The position numbers and the translations under genes are program-made. Source: Lutibacter sp. (GTDB lineage: Bacteria; Bacteroidota; Bacteroidia; Flavobacteriales; Flavobacteriaceae). From it: a stretch of 49,281 nucleotides of DNA. The stretch's first letter is position 1. Every line of letters starts with the position of its first letter. Below are positions 1 through 9,222 of the stretch, in pieces. The DNA is taken from positions 1 through 49,281 of the forward strand of contig JACUUQ010000001.1 in assembly GCA_014859175.1 (NCBI GenBank), in the 5' to 3' direction. The notes under the pieces are model-generated. The model saw nothing but the letters and a program-made list of their open reading frames with translations, had not been told where the DNA came from and made no database searches.

Positions 1-202
1 AAAGCGAAAATGAAGCAGGATGTACAAATACAGCCACGTTGAATTTGACCATCAACAGCAGCACCACTTCAGAAGAGACTGCAACAGCCTGTGACAGTTA
101 CACTTGGAACGGAACTGAATATACAGAAAGTGGCGTTTACACTTTTGAAAGCGAAAATGAAGCAGGATGTACAAATACAGCCACGTTGAATTTGACCATC
201 AA
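1..202 (+). repeat. Intragenic tandem repeat, period 147 bp (49 codons)
   Basis: Bases 1-55 are identical to 148-202 (aaagcgaaaatgaagcaggatgtacaaatacagccacgttgaatttgaccatcaa). Confidence 0.95.
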
Positions 203-1460
203 TGCAGTACCAGTAATTACCATCAGCGGAAATTCAGTATTGACTTGTGCAAATGAAAGTATTGAGCTAACTGCAACAGTGCAAGGAGCCACAAGCTACT
301 TATGGAACACAGGAGCTACCACAGCAAGTATTGCTGTAACAACTCAGGGCAACTATTCAGTGACTGTAACAGGAGTAAGCGGATGTTCTGCAACATCATC
401 AGTAATGGTAACAGGTGATGCTTCTCAACCTTCAGTTGTTATCAGCGGAAATTCTGTATTGACTTGTGCTTCTACTAGTGCAACGTTAGTCGCTACAGCA
501 ACGGTTCAGGGCACAGCAAGTTACTTATGGAATACAGGCGCCATTACGGCAACAATTTCGGTAACTGCACCTGGAGAGTATTCAGTGACTGTTACAGACA
601 GCAGTAACGGTTGCGCTGTTACAGAATCAGTGACCGTGGCACAAAATACCACACCACCGGTTGTGACCATCAGCGAACCAACAGAATTGACTTGTAATAC
701 TGCAAGCATTACGATAAGCGCAAGTGGTTCTGCCGTTCAGGGTACAGCAAGTTATTTATGGAATACCGGAGCAACAACTGCTTCCATAGTAGTTAACCAA
801 GCTGGAGATTATACAGTGGTAGTAACGGACAGCGGTAATGGATGTTCAAATGCAAAAACCATTACAGTAACAGAGAATTTTGTTCCTTCACAAATTACCG
901 GAGGTTCAATAGCCCTTTGTGTTGAAGATGCCAGCTTAAATTTAACAAGCTTGTTGCCAACCGGTTTTGTTACCGGAGGAACCTGGGCAGATTCCGGAAA
1001 CAGCGGAGGCCTTACCGGAAACAGTTTTGATCCTTTAGTGGTGAATTTGGGAGACTATGAGTTTACTTATACCGAACCAGGAAACTGCGGCAGAATGATA
1101 ACAGTAACAGTAAATGTTAATGATGACTGTGTAGTATTGGCTTGTTCAACTCCTGAGGATATTTCTAAAGTTGTTACACCAAACGGTGATGGTATAAATG
1201 ACGTATTTAGTGTGGGTGATGTTTCGGGGGGAAACACTTGTAAATATATTGTTAAAATATTCAACCGTTGGGGTAAAATGGTTTATGAATCAAACAATTA
1301 TTTGAATAACTGGAATGGAAAACATGACGGTTCCGGAATGTCAATAGGGTCAAACACTGAATTACCTACAGGAACATACTATTATATTGTTAATATTATT
1401 GATACCGGCGGTAGTTCTTTAAAACCAATAACAGGATACATTTATTTAGGCACTCATTAA
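3..1460 (+). CDS. T9SS type-B CTD (gliding motility-associated C-terminal domain) repeat surface protein/adhesin, 5' partial
   Basis: Frame is open from base 3 (SENEAGCTNTATL...), so the gene starts left of the window. It has a 49-aa CDSYTWNG..GC..LNLTIN repeat, three ~75-80 aa SYLWNTGATT..YSVTVT..GC repeats and the C-terminal motif VTPNGDGIND..IFNRWG..VY..Y.N.W.G..LP.GTYYY. It is followed by porP/sprF. Confidence 0.9.
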   Translation, partial: SENEAGCTNTATLNLTINSSTTSEETATACDSYTWNGTEYTESGVYTFESENEAGCTNTATLNLTINAVPVITISGNSVLTCANESIELTATVQGATSYLWNTGATTASIAVTTQGNYSVTVTGVSGCSATSSVMVTGDASQPSVVISGNSVLTCASTSATLVATATVQGTASYLWNTGAITATISVTAPGEYSVTVTDSSNGCAVTESVTVAQNTTPPVVTISEPTELTCNTASITISASGSAVQGTASYLWNTGATTASIVVNQAGDYTVVVTDSGNGCSNAKTITVTENFVPSQITGGSIALCVEDASLNLTSLLPTGFVTGGTWADSGNSGGLTGNSFDPLVVNLGDYEFTYTEPGNCGRMITVTVNVNDDCVVLACSTPEDISKVVTPNGDGINDVFSVGDVSGGNTCKYIVKIFNRWGKMVYESNNYLNNWNGKHDGSGMSIGSNTELPTGTYYYIVNIIDTGGSSLKPITGYIYLGTH

Positions 1461-1474
1461 TAAAAAATAGAACT

Positions 1475-2398
1475 ATGAAACGTATAATTTCAATAATAGT
1501 ATTGCTAATCGCAGGCTTTGAATATTCAAACGCCCAGCAATTACCGCAGTTTACCCAATATATGTACAACACAATTGCCATTAACCCAGCTTATGCGGGA
1601 AGCAGGGATGCATTGAGTATTGTTGGGTTAAACAGAAATCAGTGGGCAGGATTTGACGGAGGCCCGGAAACACAAACGCTCTCCATTCATTCTCCATTGA
1701 GAAATGAAAAAATAGGTTTAGGTTTGTCCTTAATAAATGATAAGGCCGGTTTTGAAAACTTTACCTATGTATATGGAGATTTTTCCTATACTATTCAAGC
1801 GAGTGAAGGGGTAAAAGTTAGTTTTGGTTTAAAAGCCGGGATGACCTACTACAAACTGGCGGATGAGCTTTACAACGCAACTGAAGTACAACAGGATACA
1901 TATTTCAATGAGAGGTTGAACAGATGGAACGCAAATTTTGGAGCAGGTATTTTATTTCACAGCAACAGATGGTATGTTGGTTTGTCAACGCCAAAAATCA
2001 TCAATCACGATTTGAACAACAAAACCGAGTTTAAAGCCTTAGAAAGGGTTCATTATTATGCCATAGGAGGTTATGTTTTTGATTTGAGCCAAACCTTAAA
2101 ACTAAAACCTTCCTTTATGGTAAAACATACAGATGGCGTGCCGTTATCAACTGATTTAACCGCAAACTTTTTATTTAATGAGAAATTTTGGCTAGGAGGA
2201 TCTTACAGGATGAACGGTAAACAAGAAGCCATTGGCGCACTTGTGGATTTTCAGGTTACAGATCAGTTCAGGGTTGGTTATACCTATGAAATTCCGACAG
2301 GCGAAATTAGGCCTTATACCAATGGATCTCATGAGATATTGTTAATGTACGAGTTTAAATTTATAAAAAGCAAACAAAAATCTCCGAGATATTTTTAA
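1475..2398 (+). CDS. Type IX secretion system PorP/SprF family outer membrane protein
   Basis: Signal peptide then QQLPQFTQYMYN..INPAYAGS, R.QW.G..G.P.T, and C-terminal GSHEILL.Y...SPRYF. Lies directly after type-B CTD cargo. Confidence 0.93.
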   Translation: MKRIISIIVLLIAGFEYSNAQQLPQFTQYMYNTIAINPAYAGSRDALSIVGLNRNQWAGFDGGPETQTLSIHSPLRNEKIGLGLSLINDKAGFENFTYVYGDFSYTIQASEGVKVSFGLKAGMTYYKLADELYNATEVQQDTYFNERLNRWNANFGAGILFHSNRWYVGLSTPKIINHDLNNKTEFKALERVHYYAIGGYVFDLSQTLKLKPSFMVKHTDGVPLSTDLTANFLFNEKFWLGGSYRMNGKQEAIGALVDFQVTDQFRVGYTYEIPTGEIRPYTNGSHEILLMYEFKFIKSKQKSPRYF

Positions 2399-2409
2399 CC
2401 AAATTAAAG

Positions 2410-4338
2410 ATGAATATTATGAAAAATATAAAACTTTTATGTATAGCTTTTGTTTTGATAAGCACATCGACATTTGGTCAGACCGCAAAACAAAAGAGAG
2501 CCGAAAGACAGTTTAACAACTTTTCGTTCGTAAAGGCAATAGACACCTATGAAAAACTGATTGACACAAGCTTTAACAAGTATTACGCAATGAGACAATT
2601 GGGTGATGCCTACATTATGTTGCGCCAGCCGGAAAAAGCGTTGCCAATTTATGAGAAAGTGGTTCAGCAGCCAAACGTTCCGTCTGAATATTATTTGTAT
2701 TATGCACAAACACTTAGAGCCAACGGCCAATATGAAGCATCAAAAGAATGGATGAAGAAATACAGTGATGCGGGCAACCAAGAAGACACCAGGGTTAAGC
2801 GGTTTTTTGAGAATGAGGATTTGGCAAGCGGCATATTTAATGCAAGAGAAAAAAATTTCCTGAAAAAAGTAAATTTCAACAGCAAATACAACGATTTTGG
2901 CGCTGTAGTGCTAAACGACCAAGTTGTTTTTACATCATCAAGCGATGAGGGCGTTTCGGTAAAAAGAAGATATGCCTGGGACGGACAGCCATTGTTGGAT
3001 ATGTATCAGGTTCCGCTTGAAGGAGCATCTGCATCAAATGTCACGAAACTGGAAGGTGATGTAAACACGATTCACCATGACGGACCGGCAACTTTTAATG
3101 CCGAGGGAACCAAAATGTACTTTTCAAGAAACAATTTTCATGATAGCAAGAAAATAACCAGCAACAAAGGCGTAATGCTGATGGGTATCTATAGCGCAGA
3201 TTTGGTTAATGGCAAATGGACAAACGTTAAGCCGTCGAACCTAAACAATGCCAACTATATTGTTTACCATCCATCTTTAAGTCAGGACGGTAAGAAACTT
3301 TATTTTTCTTCAGATATGCCTGGAGGTTTTGGAGGAACAGATATTTACGTTAGCGAGGTTAATGCAGACGGTTCTTTGGGAACGCCAAAAAACATGGGAA
3401 ATATCGTGAATACTGAAGGAAATGAATCGTTTCCGTTTATTCATTCTGAAGAAGGAACTTTGTATTTTTCTTCTGATGATCACGTTGGGGCCGGACTTTT
3501 GGACGTATTTGCAGCAGTGAAAGATGAAAATGACAACATTGTGAATGTGATTAATTTGGGCGAGCCTATCAACAGCGAAAAAGATGATTTCGCCTACTAT
3601 TTGTCACCTGACGGTCTTCAGGGATATATTTCTTCCAACAGGGACGGTGGCATTGGCGGCGATGACATTTATGCCTTTACCAGAATTCCGCCATTGACTT
3701 TAAAAGGACGTATTTTTGACGCCATAAACGGAGAACCTGTGGCTGGCGCAAAAGTGATTTTGTCGCGAAAAAATGGCGAAGAAATTGCCTACTTCATTAC
3801 GGAAGCAGATGGTGCTTACGAACATTTGATTGACAGGGACAAAGAATTTGTGTTAAAAGGATCAAAGGCAAAATACCAAGATGTTCAAAAGGAATTCAAT
3901 TCTTTTGGTCTTGAAAAGGAAAGAGAACTGATTGTCGACTTAAATATTCCAATGTCGCCGATAGAAGATGTGGTTATTTTGGCCGATTTAAACCCCATCT
4001 ATTTTGATTTGGATAAGTCTAATATTAGGCCAGATGCAGCGTTGGAGTTGGATAAAGTGGTGAACTTGATGAACAAATATCCTGGAATGGAAATCAGGTT
4101 GGAGTCTCACACCGACAGTAGGGCCGATGACAATTACAATATGAAACTGTCTGCCAGAAGGGCAAAATCTACCTATCAGTATATCATTTCAAAAGGAATT
4201 GATGCCAAAAGAATTCCTAAATACGAAGGATTTGGAGAAAGCCAGTTGGTTAATAAATGTTCGAACGGCGTAAAATGCACCGAAGAAGAACATCAGTTAA
4301 ACAGAAGAACGGAGTTCATTATCCTAAAAATGAAATAG
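2410..4338 (+). CDS. PorE-like OmpA family protein (TPR, PD40 propeller, carboxypeptidase-regulatory-like, OmpA_C)
   Basis: LYFSSDMPGGFGGTDIY and SSNRDGGIGGDDIY PD40 repeats. The OmpA domain reads IYFDLDKSNIR..SHTDSR..YN.KLS.RRA..NRRTEF. Confidence 0.9.
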   Translation: MNIMKNIKLLCIAFVLISTSTFGQTAKQKRAERQFNNFSFVKAIDTYEKLIDTSFNKYYAMRQLGDAYIMLRQPEKALPIYEKVVQQPNVPSEYYLYYAQTLRANGQYEASKEWMKKYSDAGNQEDTRVKRFFENEDLASGIFNAREKNFLKKVNFNSKYNDFGAVVLNDQVVFTSSSDEGVSVKRRYAWDGQPLLDMYQVPLEGASASNVTKLEGDVNTIHHDGPATFNAEGTKMYFSRNNFHDSKKITSNKGVMLMGIYSADLVNGKWTNVKPSNLNNANYIVYHPSLSQDGKKLYFSSDMPGGFGGTDIYVSEVNADGSLGTPKNMGNIVNTEGNESFPFIHSEEGTLYFSSDDHVGAGLLDVFAAVKDENDNIVNVINLGEPINSEKDDFAYYLSPDGLQGYISSNRDGGIGGDDIYAFTRIPPLTLKGRIFDAINGEPVAGAKVILSRKNGEEIAYFITEADGAYEHLIDRDKEFVLKGSKAKYQDVQKEFNSFGLEKERELIVDLNIPMSPIEDVVILADLNPIYFDLDKSNIRPDAALELDKVVNLMNKYPGMEIRLESHTDSRADDNYNMKLSARRAKSTYQYIISKGIDAKRIPKYEGFGESQLVNKCSNGVKCTEEEHQLNRRTEFIILKMK

Positions 4339-4352
4339 CATCAAAGAAATAG

Positions 4353-4392
4353 CAGATTGCCGCAGTTTTTCTGCAAAAACTTCGCAATGACG
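4353..4392. repeat. GATTGC...TCGCAATGAC REP/MITE-like element
   Basis: cagattgccgc-agttttt ctgc aaaaact-tcgcaatgacg has the same ends as 8539-8567 (cagattgccgc...tcgcaatgacg). Confidence 0.7.
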
Positions 4393-4402
4393 CACAAAAA
4401 AT

Positions 4403-4483
4403 AGCAGCCGTAACATTAAAATAACCTTGATTATACTACCGTTGTGGGGACGACAATTTCTCAAGTTATTGGTTACGGCTGCT
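4403..4483. other. Long imperfect hairpin, candidate structured RNA
   Basis: agcagccgtaac (4403-4414) is the perfect reverse complement of gttacggctgct (4472-4483). Inner stem aataaccttga/tcaagttatt has one bulge. Confidence 0.5.
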
Positions 4484-4498
4484 TCTTATTAAATATTA

Positions 4499-4540
4499 AA
4501 ATGCAGAAAGCACTTTTGAAAAAAAGTGCTTTCTGCATTT
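4499..4540. terminator. Bidirectional intrinsic terminator between convergent OmpA-family and M3 peptidase genes
   Basis: Perfect 19-bp inverted repeat aaatgcagaaagcactttt-gaaa-aaaagtgctttctgcattt. Confidence 0.75.
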
Positions 4541-4569
4541 ATTACACAAATGTTACGACCGATTCTTTT

Positions 4570-6600
4570 CTATTTTAGCAATCCGGCTCTTTTTAACAAT
4601 GCAGTATTGTTCGGTTTTTTACCTCTAAAATTAACATACAATGTCATAGGTTTATCAGTGCCGCCTTTTGACAATACATTTTCTTTAAATTTTTTCGCGG
4701 TTGCTTTGTCGAAAATTCCATTTTCCAAAAAGAAAGCAAAAGCATCCGCATCCAAGACTTCTGCCCATTTGTATGAGTAATATCCCGATGAATAACCGCC
4801 CTGAAAAATATGGGAAAAAGAAGTGCTCATACAGTTCTCTTTAATATCAGGGAATAATTGGGTGTTTTTAAACGACAAGGTTTCAAATTCCTTAACATTT
4901 TTTATTTCTGAAGGATTATTTGCATGATAATTCATATCCAGCATTCCCAAACTCAATTGACGTAACGTTTGCATTCCTTCTAAAAAATTGGCTGATTTTT
5001 TAATTTTATCAATCAACTCCATTGGAATTGGCTCATTTGTTTCATAGTGTTTTGCAAATAAGTTCAAAGCTTCTTTTTCATAACACCAATTTTCAAGCAA
5101 TTGGCTTGGAAGCTCCACAAAATCCCAAAATACGCTGGTGCCCGATAAACTTGGGTAAGTGGTGTTTGCCAACATTCCGTGCAACGCGTGCCCGAATTCG
5201 TGAAATAAGGTGGTCACTTCATTAAAAGTCAGTAAAGAAGGTTTTGTTTCCGTAGGTTTGGTAAAATTACATACAATTGAAATGTGTGGCCGTGAGTTTT
5301 CGCCGTCTTTCATCCACTGGCTTTTAAAGGAAGTCATCCAGGCGCCGTCCCGTTTTCCTTTTCGTGGGAAAAAATCGGCATACAATATGGCGATAAAATT
5401 GCCTGAAGTGTCATTTACTTTAAAGGTTTTGATATCTTCGTGGTATTTATCAATCGTGTAAATTTCTTCAAACACCAAGTCATATAATTTGTTGGCAACC
5501 CCAAAAACACCATCAATCACATTTTGTAATTTGAAATAAGGTTTTAACTGTTCTTCTTCCAAATCAAAAAGAGCCTTTTTTAATTTTTCAGAATAATAGG
5601 CGCTGTCCCATTTTTGAAGTTTTTTAATGCCGTCTTTTTTTGCAAAATCCGACAGGTTTTTAAACTCTGCTTCTGCGGCCGGTTTTGCTTTTATCAGGAG
5701 GTCTTCTAAAAAGTCGTTGACAATTTTTGGATTTTCGGCCATACGCTCTTCCAAAACAAAATGTGCGTGTGTATGATAGCCCAATAAATTTGCTCTTTTA
5801 TGCCGAAGTTTTACAATGTTCAATAAAGTTTCCTGATTGTCGTTTTCATTCTTTCTGAATGCTTTTGCGCCAAAGGCAACGGCCATTTTTTTTCTTAGGT
5901 TTCTGTCATCGGCGTACGTCATAAATGGTATGTAACTCGGATAATCCAACGTAAAAATATAACCTTCCTTATTTTTTTCTTTTGCGGCTAATTGCGCAGC
6001 TTCAATGGTGCTTTCGGGCAATCCTTTTATATCATTTTCATCAGTTAAATGAAGTTCAAAATCATTTGTTTCCGCCAAAACATGCTCTCCAAAAGTCAAT
6101 TTTAATTTTGAAAGCTCCATATCAATTTTTCGCAGCTCCAATTTGTCCTTTTCATTTAGATTGGCCCCGTTTCTGACAAAACTTTTATAAGATTTGGTTA
6201 ATAAAGTGTCTTGTTCTGTGGTTAAATTAAGCGAATCCTTTTCCTCATAAATTTGCTTCACCCTTCTAAATAATGGCTCATTTAATTTTACGTCATTTGA
6301 AAATTCAGAAAGTATTGGCGATATTTCTTGGGCAATTTTTTGAATTTCTTCGCTGGTTTCGGCAGAATTTAAATTGAAAAAGATGCTGGAAATCCGATCC
6401 AGTTTTTCTCCGCCAAATTCCATTGCTGCCAGGGTGTTTTCAAAAGTGGGTGCTGCGCTGTTGTTGGTGATTGCGTCAATTTCGTCTTTTGCAAGTTGAA
6501 TGCCTTCAATAAATGCAGGTTTAAAATGCTCATTTTTAATTTTTGAAAACGGCGCCGTATCAAATGGTGTTTTAAATTTAGCTAATAATGGATTGCTCAT
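4570..6600 (-). CDS. M3 family metallopeptidase (peptidyl-dipeptidase Dcp/oligopeptidase A-like)
   Basis: TLFHEFGHALH zinc motif, DFVELPSQ, HIFQGGYSSGYYSYKWAEVLDADAF; 676 aa. Confidence 0.95.
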   Translation of the reverse strand: MSNPLLAKFKTPFDTAPFSKIKNEHFKPAFIEGIQLAKDEIDAITNNSAAPTFENTLAAMEFGGEKLDRISSIFFNLNSAETSEEIQKIAQEISPILSEFSNDVKLNEPLFRRVKQIYEEKDSLNLTTEQDTLLTKSYKSFVRNGANLNEKDKLELRKIDMELSKLKLTFGEHVLAETNDFELHLTDENDIKGLPESTIEAAQLAAKEKNKEGYIFTLDYPSYIPFMTYADDRNLRKKMAVAFGAKAFRKNENDNQETLLNIVKLRHKRANLLGYHTHAHFVLEERMAENPKIVNDFLEDLLIKAKPAAEAEFKNLSDFAKKDGIKKLQKWDSAYYSEKLKKALFDLEEEQLKPYFKLQNVIDGVFGVANKLYDLVFEEIYTIDKYHEDIKTFKVNDTSGNFIAILYADFFPRKGKRDGAWMTSFKSQWMKDGENSRPHISIVCNFTKPTETKPSLLTFNEVTTLFHEFGHALHGMLANTTYPSLSGTSVFWDFVELPSQLLENWCYEKEALNLFAKHYETNEPIPMELIDKIKKSANFLEGMQTLRQLSLGMLDMNYHANNPSEIKNVKEFETLSFKNTQLFPDIKENCMSTSFSHIFQGGYSSGYYSYKWAEVLDADAFAFFLENGIFDKATAKKFKENVLSKGGTDKPMTLYVNFRGKKPNNTALLKRAGLLK

Positions 6601-6660
6601 AATGAAATATTTAATCTTATGATTATTAAAGTGTTGCGTTGTTTTTAGTTAAAACGAAAC

Positions 6661-7155
6661 TTAAATCTTTTTATTTTTAAGTTCATCGGAAGCATTATAA
6701 ACTTTGGTTTTCAGCGCTTCTTTGTAAAGAATAATTTTATCCAGCACATTTTTGTCTGAACTGCCAATAATTTGTGCTGCCAAAATACCTGCATTTTCAG
6801 CGCCGTCCAACGCAACGGTTGCCACGGGAACACCGCTTGGCATTTGAAGAATTGAAAGCACAGAATCCCAGCCATCAATGGAATTTCTCGATTTTATGGG
6901 AACGCCAATAACAGGTAATGGACTCATAGACGCCACCATACCAGGCAAATGCGCGGCACCGCCGGCACCGGCAATAATAACCGAAATTCCGCGTGTATGC
7001 GCATTTTTTGCGTAGTCAAAAAGTTTTTCGGGCGTTCTATGGGCGGAAACAATATCCACTTCAGTTTCAATATTAAAACTTTGTAAAATAGCGATAGCCT
7101 GTTGCATAATTGGCAGGTCTGAACTGCTTCCCATAATAATTCCTACTTTGCTCAT
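6661..7155 (-). CDS. purE: N5-CAIR mutase
   Basis: IIMGSSSD, SAHRTP, AGAGGAAHLPG, QMPSGVPVATV. Confidence 0.97.
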   Translation of the reverse strand: MSKVGIIMGSSSDLPIMQQAIAILQSFNIETEVDIVSAHRTPEKLFDYAKNAHTRGISVIIAGAGGAAHLPGMVASMSPLPVIGVPIKSRNSIDGWDSVLSILQMPSGVPVATVALDGAENAGILAAQIIGSSDKNVLDKIILYKEALKTKVYNASDELKNKKI

Positions 7156-7218
7156 TTTGTTGAAATTTTAAAAATTAAAAGACTGAAAATTGAAAACCAA
7201 TAAATCAAATTCTTAGGA

Positions 7219-8364
7219 TTAATTGCTAATTACCCTTATTGTATTTTTAACTTCCTCCGCGATTTTTCGCGCTTCTGTTAAATTGTTGTTCACAATGGTT
7301 ACATGACCCATTTTTCTGAATGGCCGCGTTTGTTTTTTTCCGTAAATGTGGGGCGTTACGCCTTTCATTTCAAGAATTTCTGCTATATTTTCATATATCA
7401 CATCGCCTGAAAAGCCTTCTTCCCCCACCAAATTTACCATAATTCCGGCAACTTTGCTGTCGGTATTCCCCAAAGGAAGGTTTAAAATGCTGCGCAAGTG
7501 TTGCTCAAACTGATTTGTATAAGAAGCTTCAATGCTGTAATGGCCACTGTTATGGGTTCTTGGAGCAACTTCGTTCACCAAAATTTCGTCATCTTCGGTT
7601 TGAAAAAGTTCCACTGCCAACAAGCCAATATGTTCAAAAGATTCCGCTACGTGTAAGGCAATTTTTGTTGCTTTTGCGGCGACTTCTTCTGAAATTCTGG
7701 CTGGACAAATAACATATTCCACTTGGTTGGCTTCAGGGTGAAATTCCATTTCAACCACAGGATATGTTTTTATTTCTCCGTTTTTGTTTCTGGCCACAAT
7801 TACGGCCAATTCATTTTTAAACGGAATTAACGCCTCCGTAATAGATTCATTATCAGGCAATGAATTTAAATCGTTCTCATTTCTCACAATTTTGACACCT
7901 GTGCCGTCATAGCCAAATTGCGCCGATTTCCATACAAAAGGATATGGCAAGGCTTCTTTTTTTAATGCCGCCAGCGATGAAAACCGTTTATGTGGCGAAG
8001 TTGGGATGTTATTTTCTTTGAAAAAATCTTTTTGTTTTCCTTTATGCTGAATTATTTGCAAGATGCCTGGCTGCGGATAAATGGCCAAACCTTCTTTTTC
8101 AAGTTTTAGAAGCGCCTCAATATTTACGTGTTCAATTTCAATGGTTAACAAATCCACTTTTTTGCCGAAGTTGTAAACGGTGTCAAAATCCATTAAACTT
8201 CCCTGGTGAAATTCGTTGCAAATTTGTGCGCAGGGCGCTTCATTTGAGCCCTCTAAAATACAGGTATAAATATCGAATTTTTGCGTTTCGGCCAGCAACA
8301 TTTTCCCCAATTGTCCGCCACCCAATACGCCCAATTTAAAATTTGATGAGAAATAATTTTTCAC
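7219..8364 (-). CDS. purK: N5-CAIR synthase
   Basis: LGGGQLGKML, GYDGTG, NEVAPRTHNSGH, RKMGHVT. Start moved to GTG 8364 because a TAnnTTTG promoter (8382-8389, minus strand) overlaps the 8382 start. Confidence 0.95.
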   Translation of the reverse strand: MKNYFSSNFKLGVLGGGQLGKMLLAETQKFDIYTCILEGSNEAPCAQICNEFHQGSLMDFDTVYNFGKKVDLLTIEIEHVNIEALLKLEKEGLAIYPQPGILQIIQHKGKQKDFFKENNIPTSPHKRFSSLAALKKEALPYPFVWKSAQFGYDGTGVKIVRNENDLNSLPDNESITEALIPFKNELAVIVARNKNGEIKTYPVVEMEFHPEANQVEYVICPARISEEVAAKATKIALHVAESFEHIGLLAVELFQTEDDEILVNEVAPRTHNSGHYSIEASYTNQFEQHLRSILNLPLGNTDSKVAGIMVNLVGEEGFSGDVIYENIAEILEMKGVTPHIYGKKQTRPFRKMGHVTIVNNNLTEARKIAEEVKNTIRVISN

Positions 8365-8480
8365 TTTATATAAGTTTGGCACAAAAATACCAATCTGTTT
8401 TTAATAAAGATTGCTAAATTTTAATAATTGCAACAATTAATAAAGTTTAAATGAAATTTATTGTTGAATTGACAATTATT

Positions 8481-8634
8481 GGGTTAGTGATTGCAGTGAA
8501 AATCCCGGCGTTGCGAGTTTGTTAAGCAATATGTTCAACAGATTGCCGCGCTCCGCTCGCAATGACGGATTGTAACGAAAAGCACGACCGCCTTTTCGGC
8601 GGGAACCCCCACCGAATAGGCGGGCAGGCCCAAA
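8481..8634 (-). ncRNA. Flavo-1-like repeated structured element with nested REP-type insertions
   Basis: Minus strand reads tttggg...gttccc...ggtcgtgcttttcgttacaatcc...ggattttcactgcaatcactaaccc, matching my recollection of the Flavobacteria Flavo-1-type repeat. It is a GC-rich island in an AT-rich spacer. Confidence 0.5.
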
Positions 8635-8682
8635 ATATTATTTTAATTGGTTTTGTTTTATAAAGAAATTCTAAATAAAAAG

Positions 8683-9102
8683 TTAAAAATTTCTGATATT
8701 TAATGCTGACGCATTTACAACAACCACTTTATATTCTCTCGCAAAATGTTTATTGCCAGCTGTTTGCGGCGAACCGTCTATAATACTGTACTCACTGTTA
8801 TCGCAAGGGCATTTTAACTTTAAACTTCCGTCGAAATTCATAGGCGTTGCGCAATCGTTATTTGGACAGGCGCGGTCAAATGCTTTGTAGGGCGGATTTC
8901 CAATGCCGGTATTTTGAACAACAATGCCCTTAATGCCGCCAACTGTATAAGCAAATCCGCTTGGTGTTTGAAGGTTTATATATTGGGGTAAATTTAGGTT
9001 GATGGTTTCGTTGACAAAAATATCTGGCAAAACATCATTGGTGTCGTTCTTTTCACAAGAAAAAAATATCACGAGGGTTAACAATAAAAACAGCTTTCGC
9101 AT
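8683..9102 (-). CDS. Rieske-like (ferredoxin-fold) lipoprotein
   Basis: Start at ATG 9102 gives the lipoprotein signal MRKLFLLLTLVIFFSC. Motifs AFDRACPN..C..CPCDNSEYSIIDG and LARE/FAREY-like end. Divergent from greA. Confidence 0.7.
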   Translation of the reverse strand: MRKLFLLLTLVIFFSCEKNDTNDVLPDIFVNETINLNLPQYINLQTPSGFAYTVGGIKGIVVQNTGIGNPPYKAFDRACPNNDCATPMNFDGSLKLKCPCDNSEYSIIDGSPQTAGNKHFAREYKVVVVNASALNIRNF

Positions 9103-9153
9103 AGTTATCAAATCAAGTTTGTTGTTAAACGGTTGCAATTTACAAATATTTTG

Positions 9154-9200
9154 TACATTTGTTTTAAATCTCATTCTGGGTTTCCAGTTGTGAGATTTTT
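9154..9200 (+). promoter_or_regulatory. greA promoter (-7 TACATTTG) followed by a leader hairpin/U-tract
   Basis: TAnnTTTG at 9154-9161. aaatctca (9166-9173) pairs with tgagattt (9191-9198), with inner ctgg/ccag, before the ATG at 9223. Confidence 0.5.
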
Positions 9201-9222
9201 GTATTTATTAAAACAGTAAGTT

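Noticed and set aside
39-41. TTG at 39 as start of the first gene
   Set aside because: Frame is open to the window edge, lies mid-repeat, and lacks a signal peptide.
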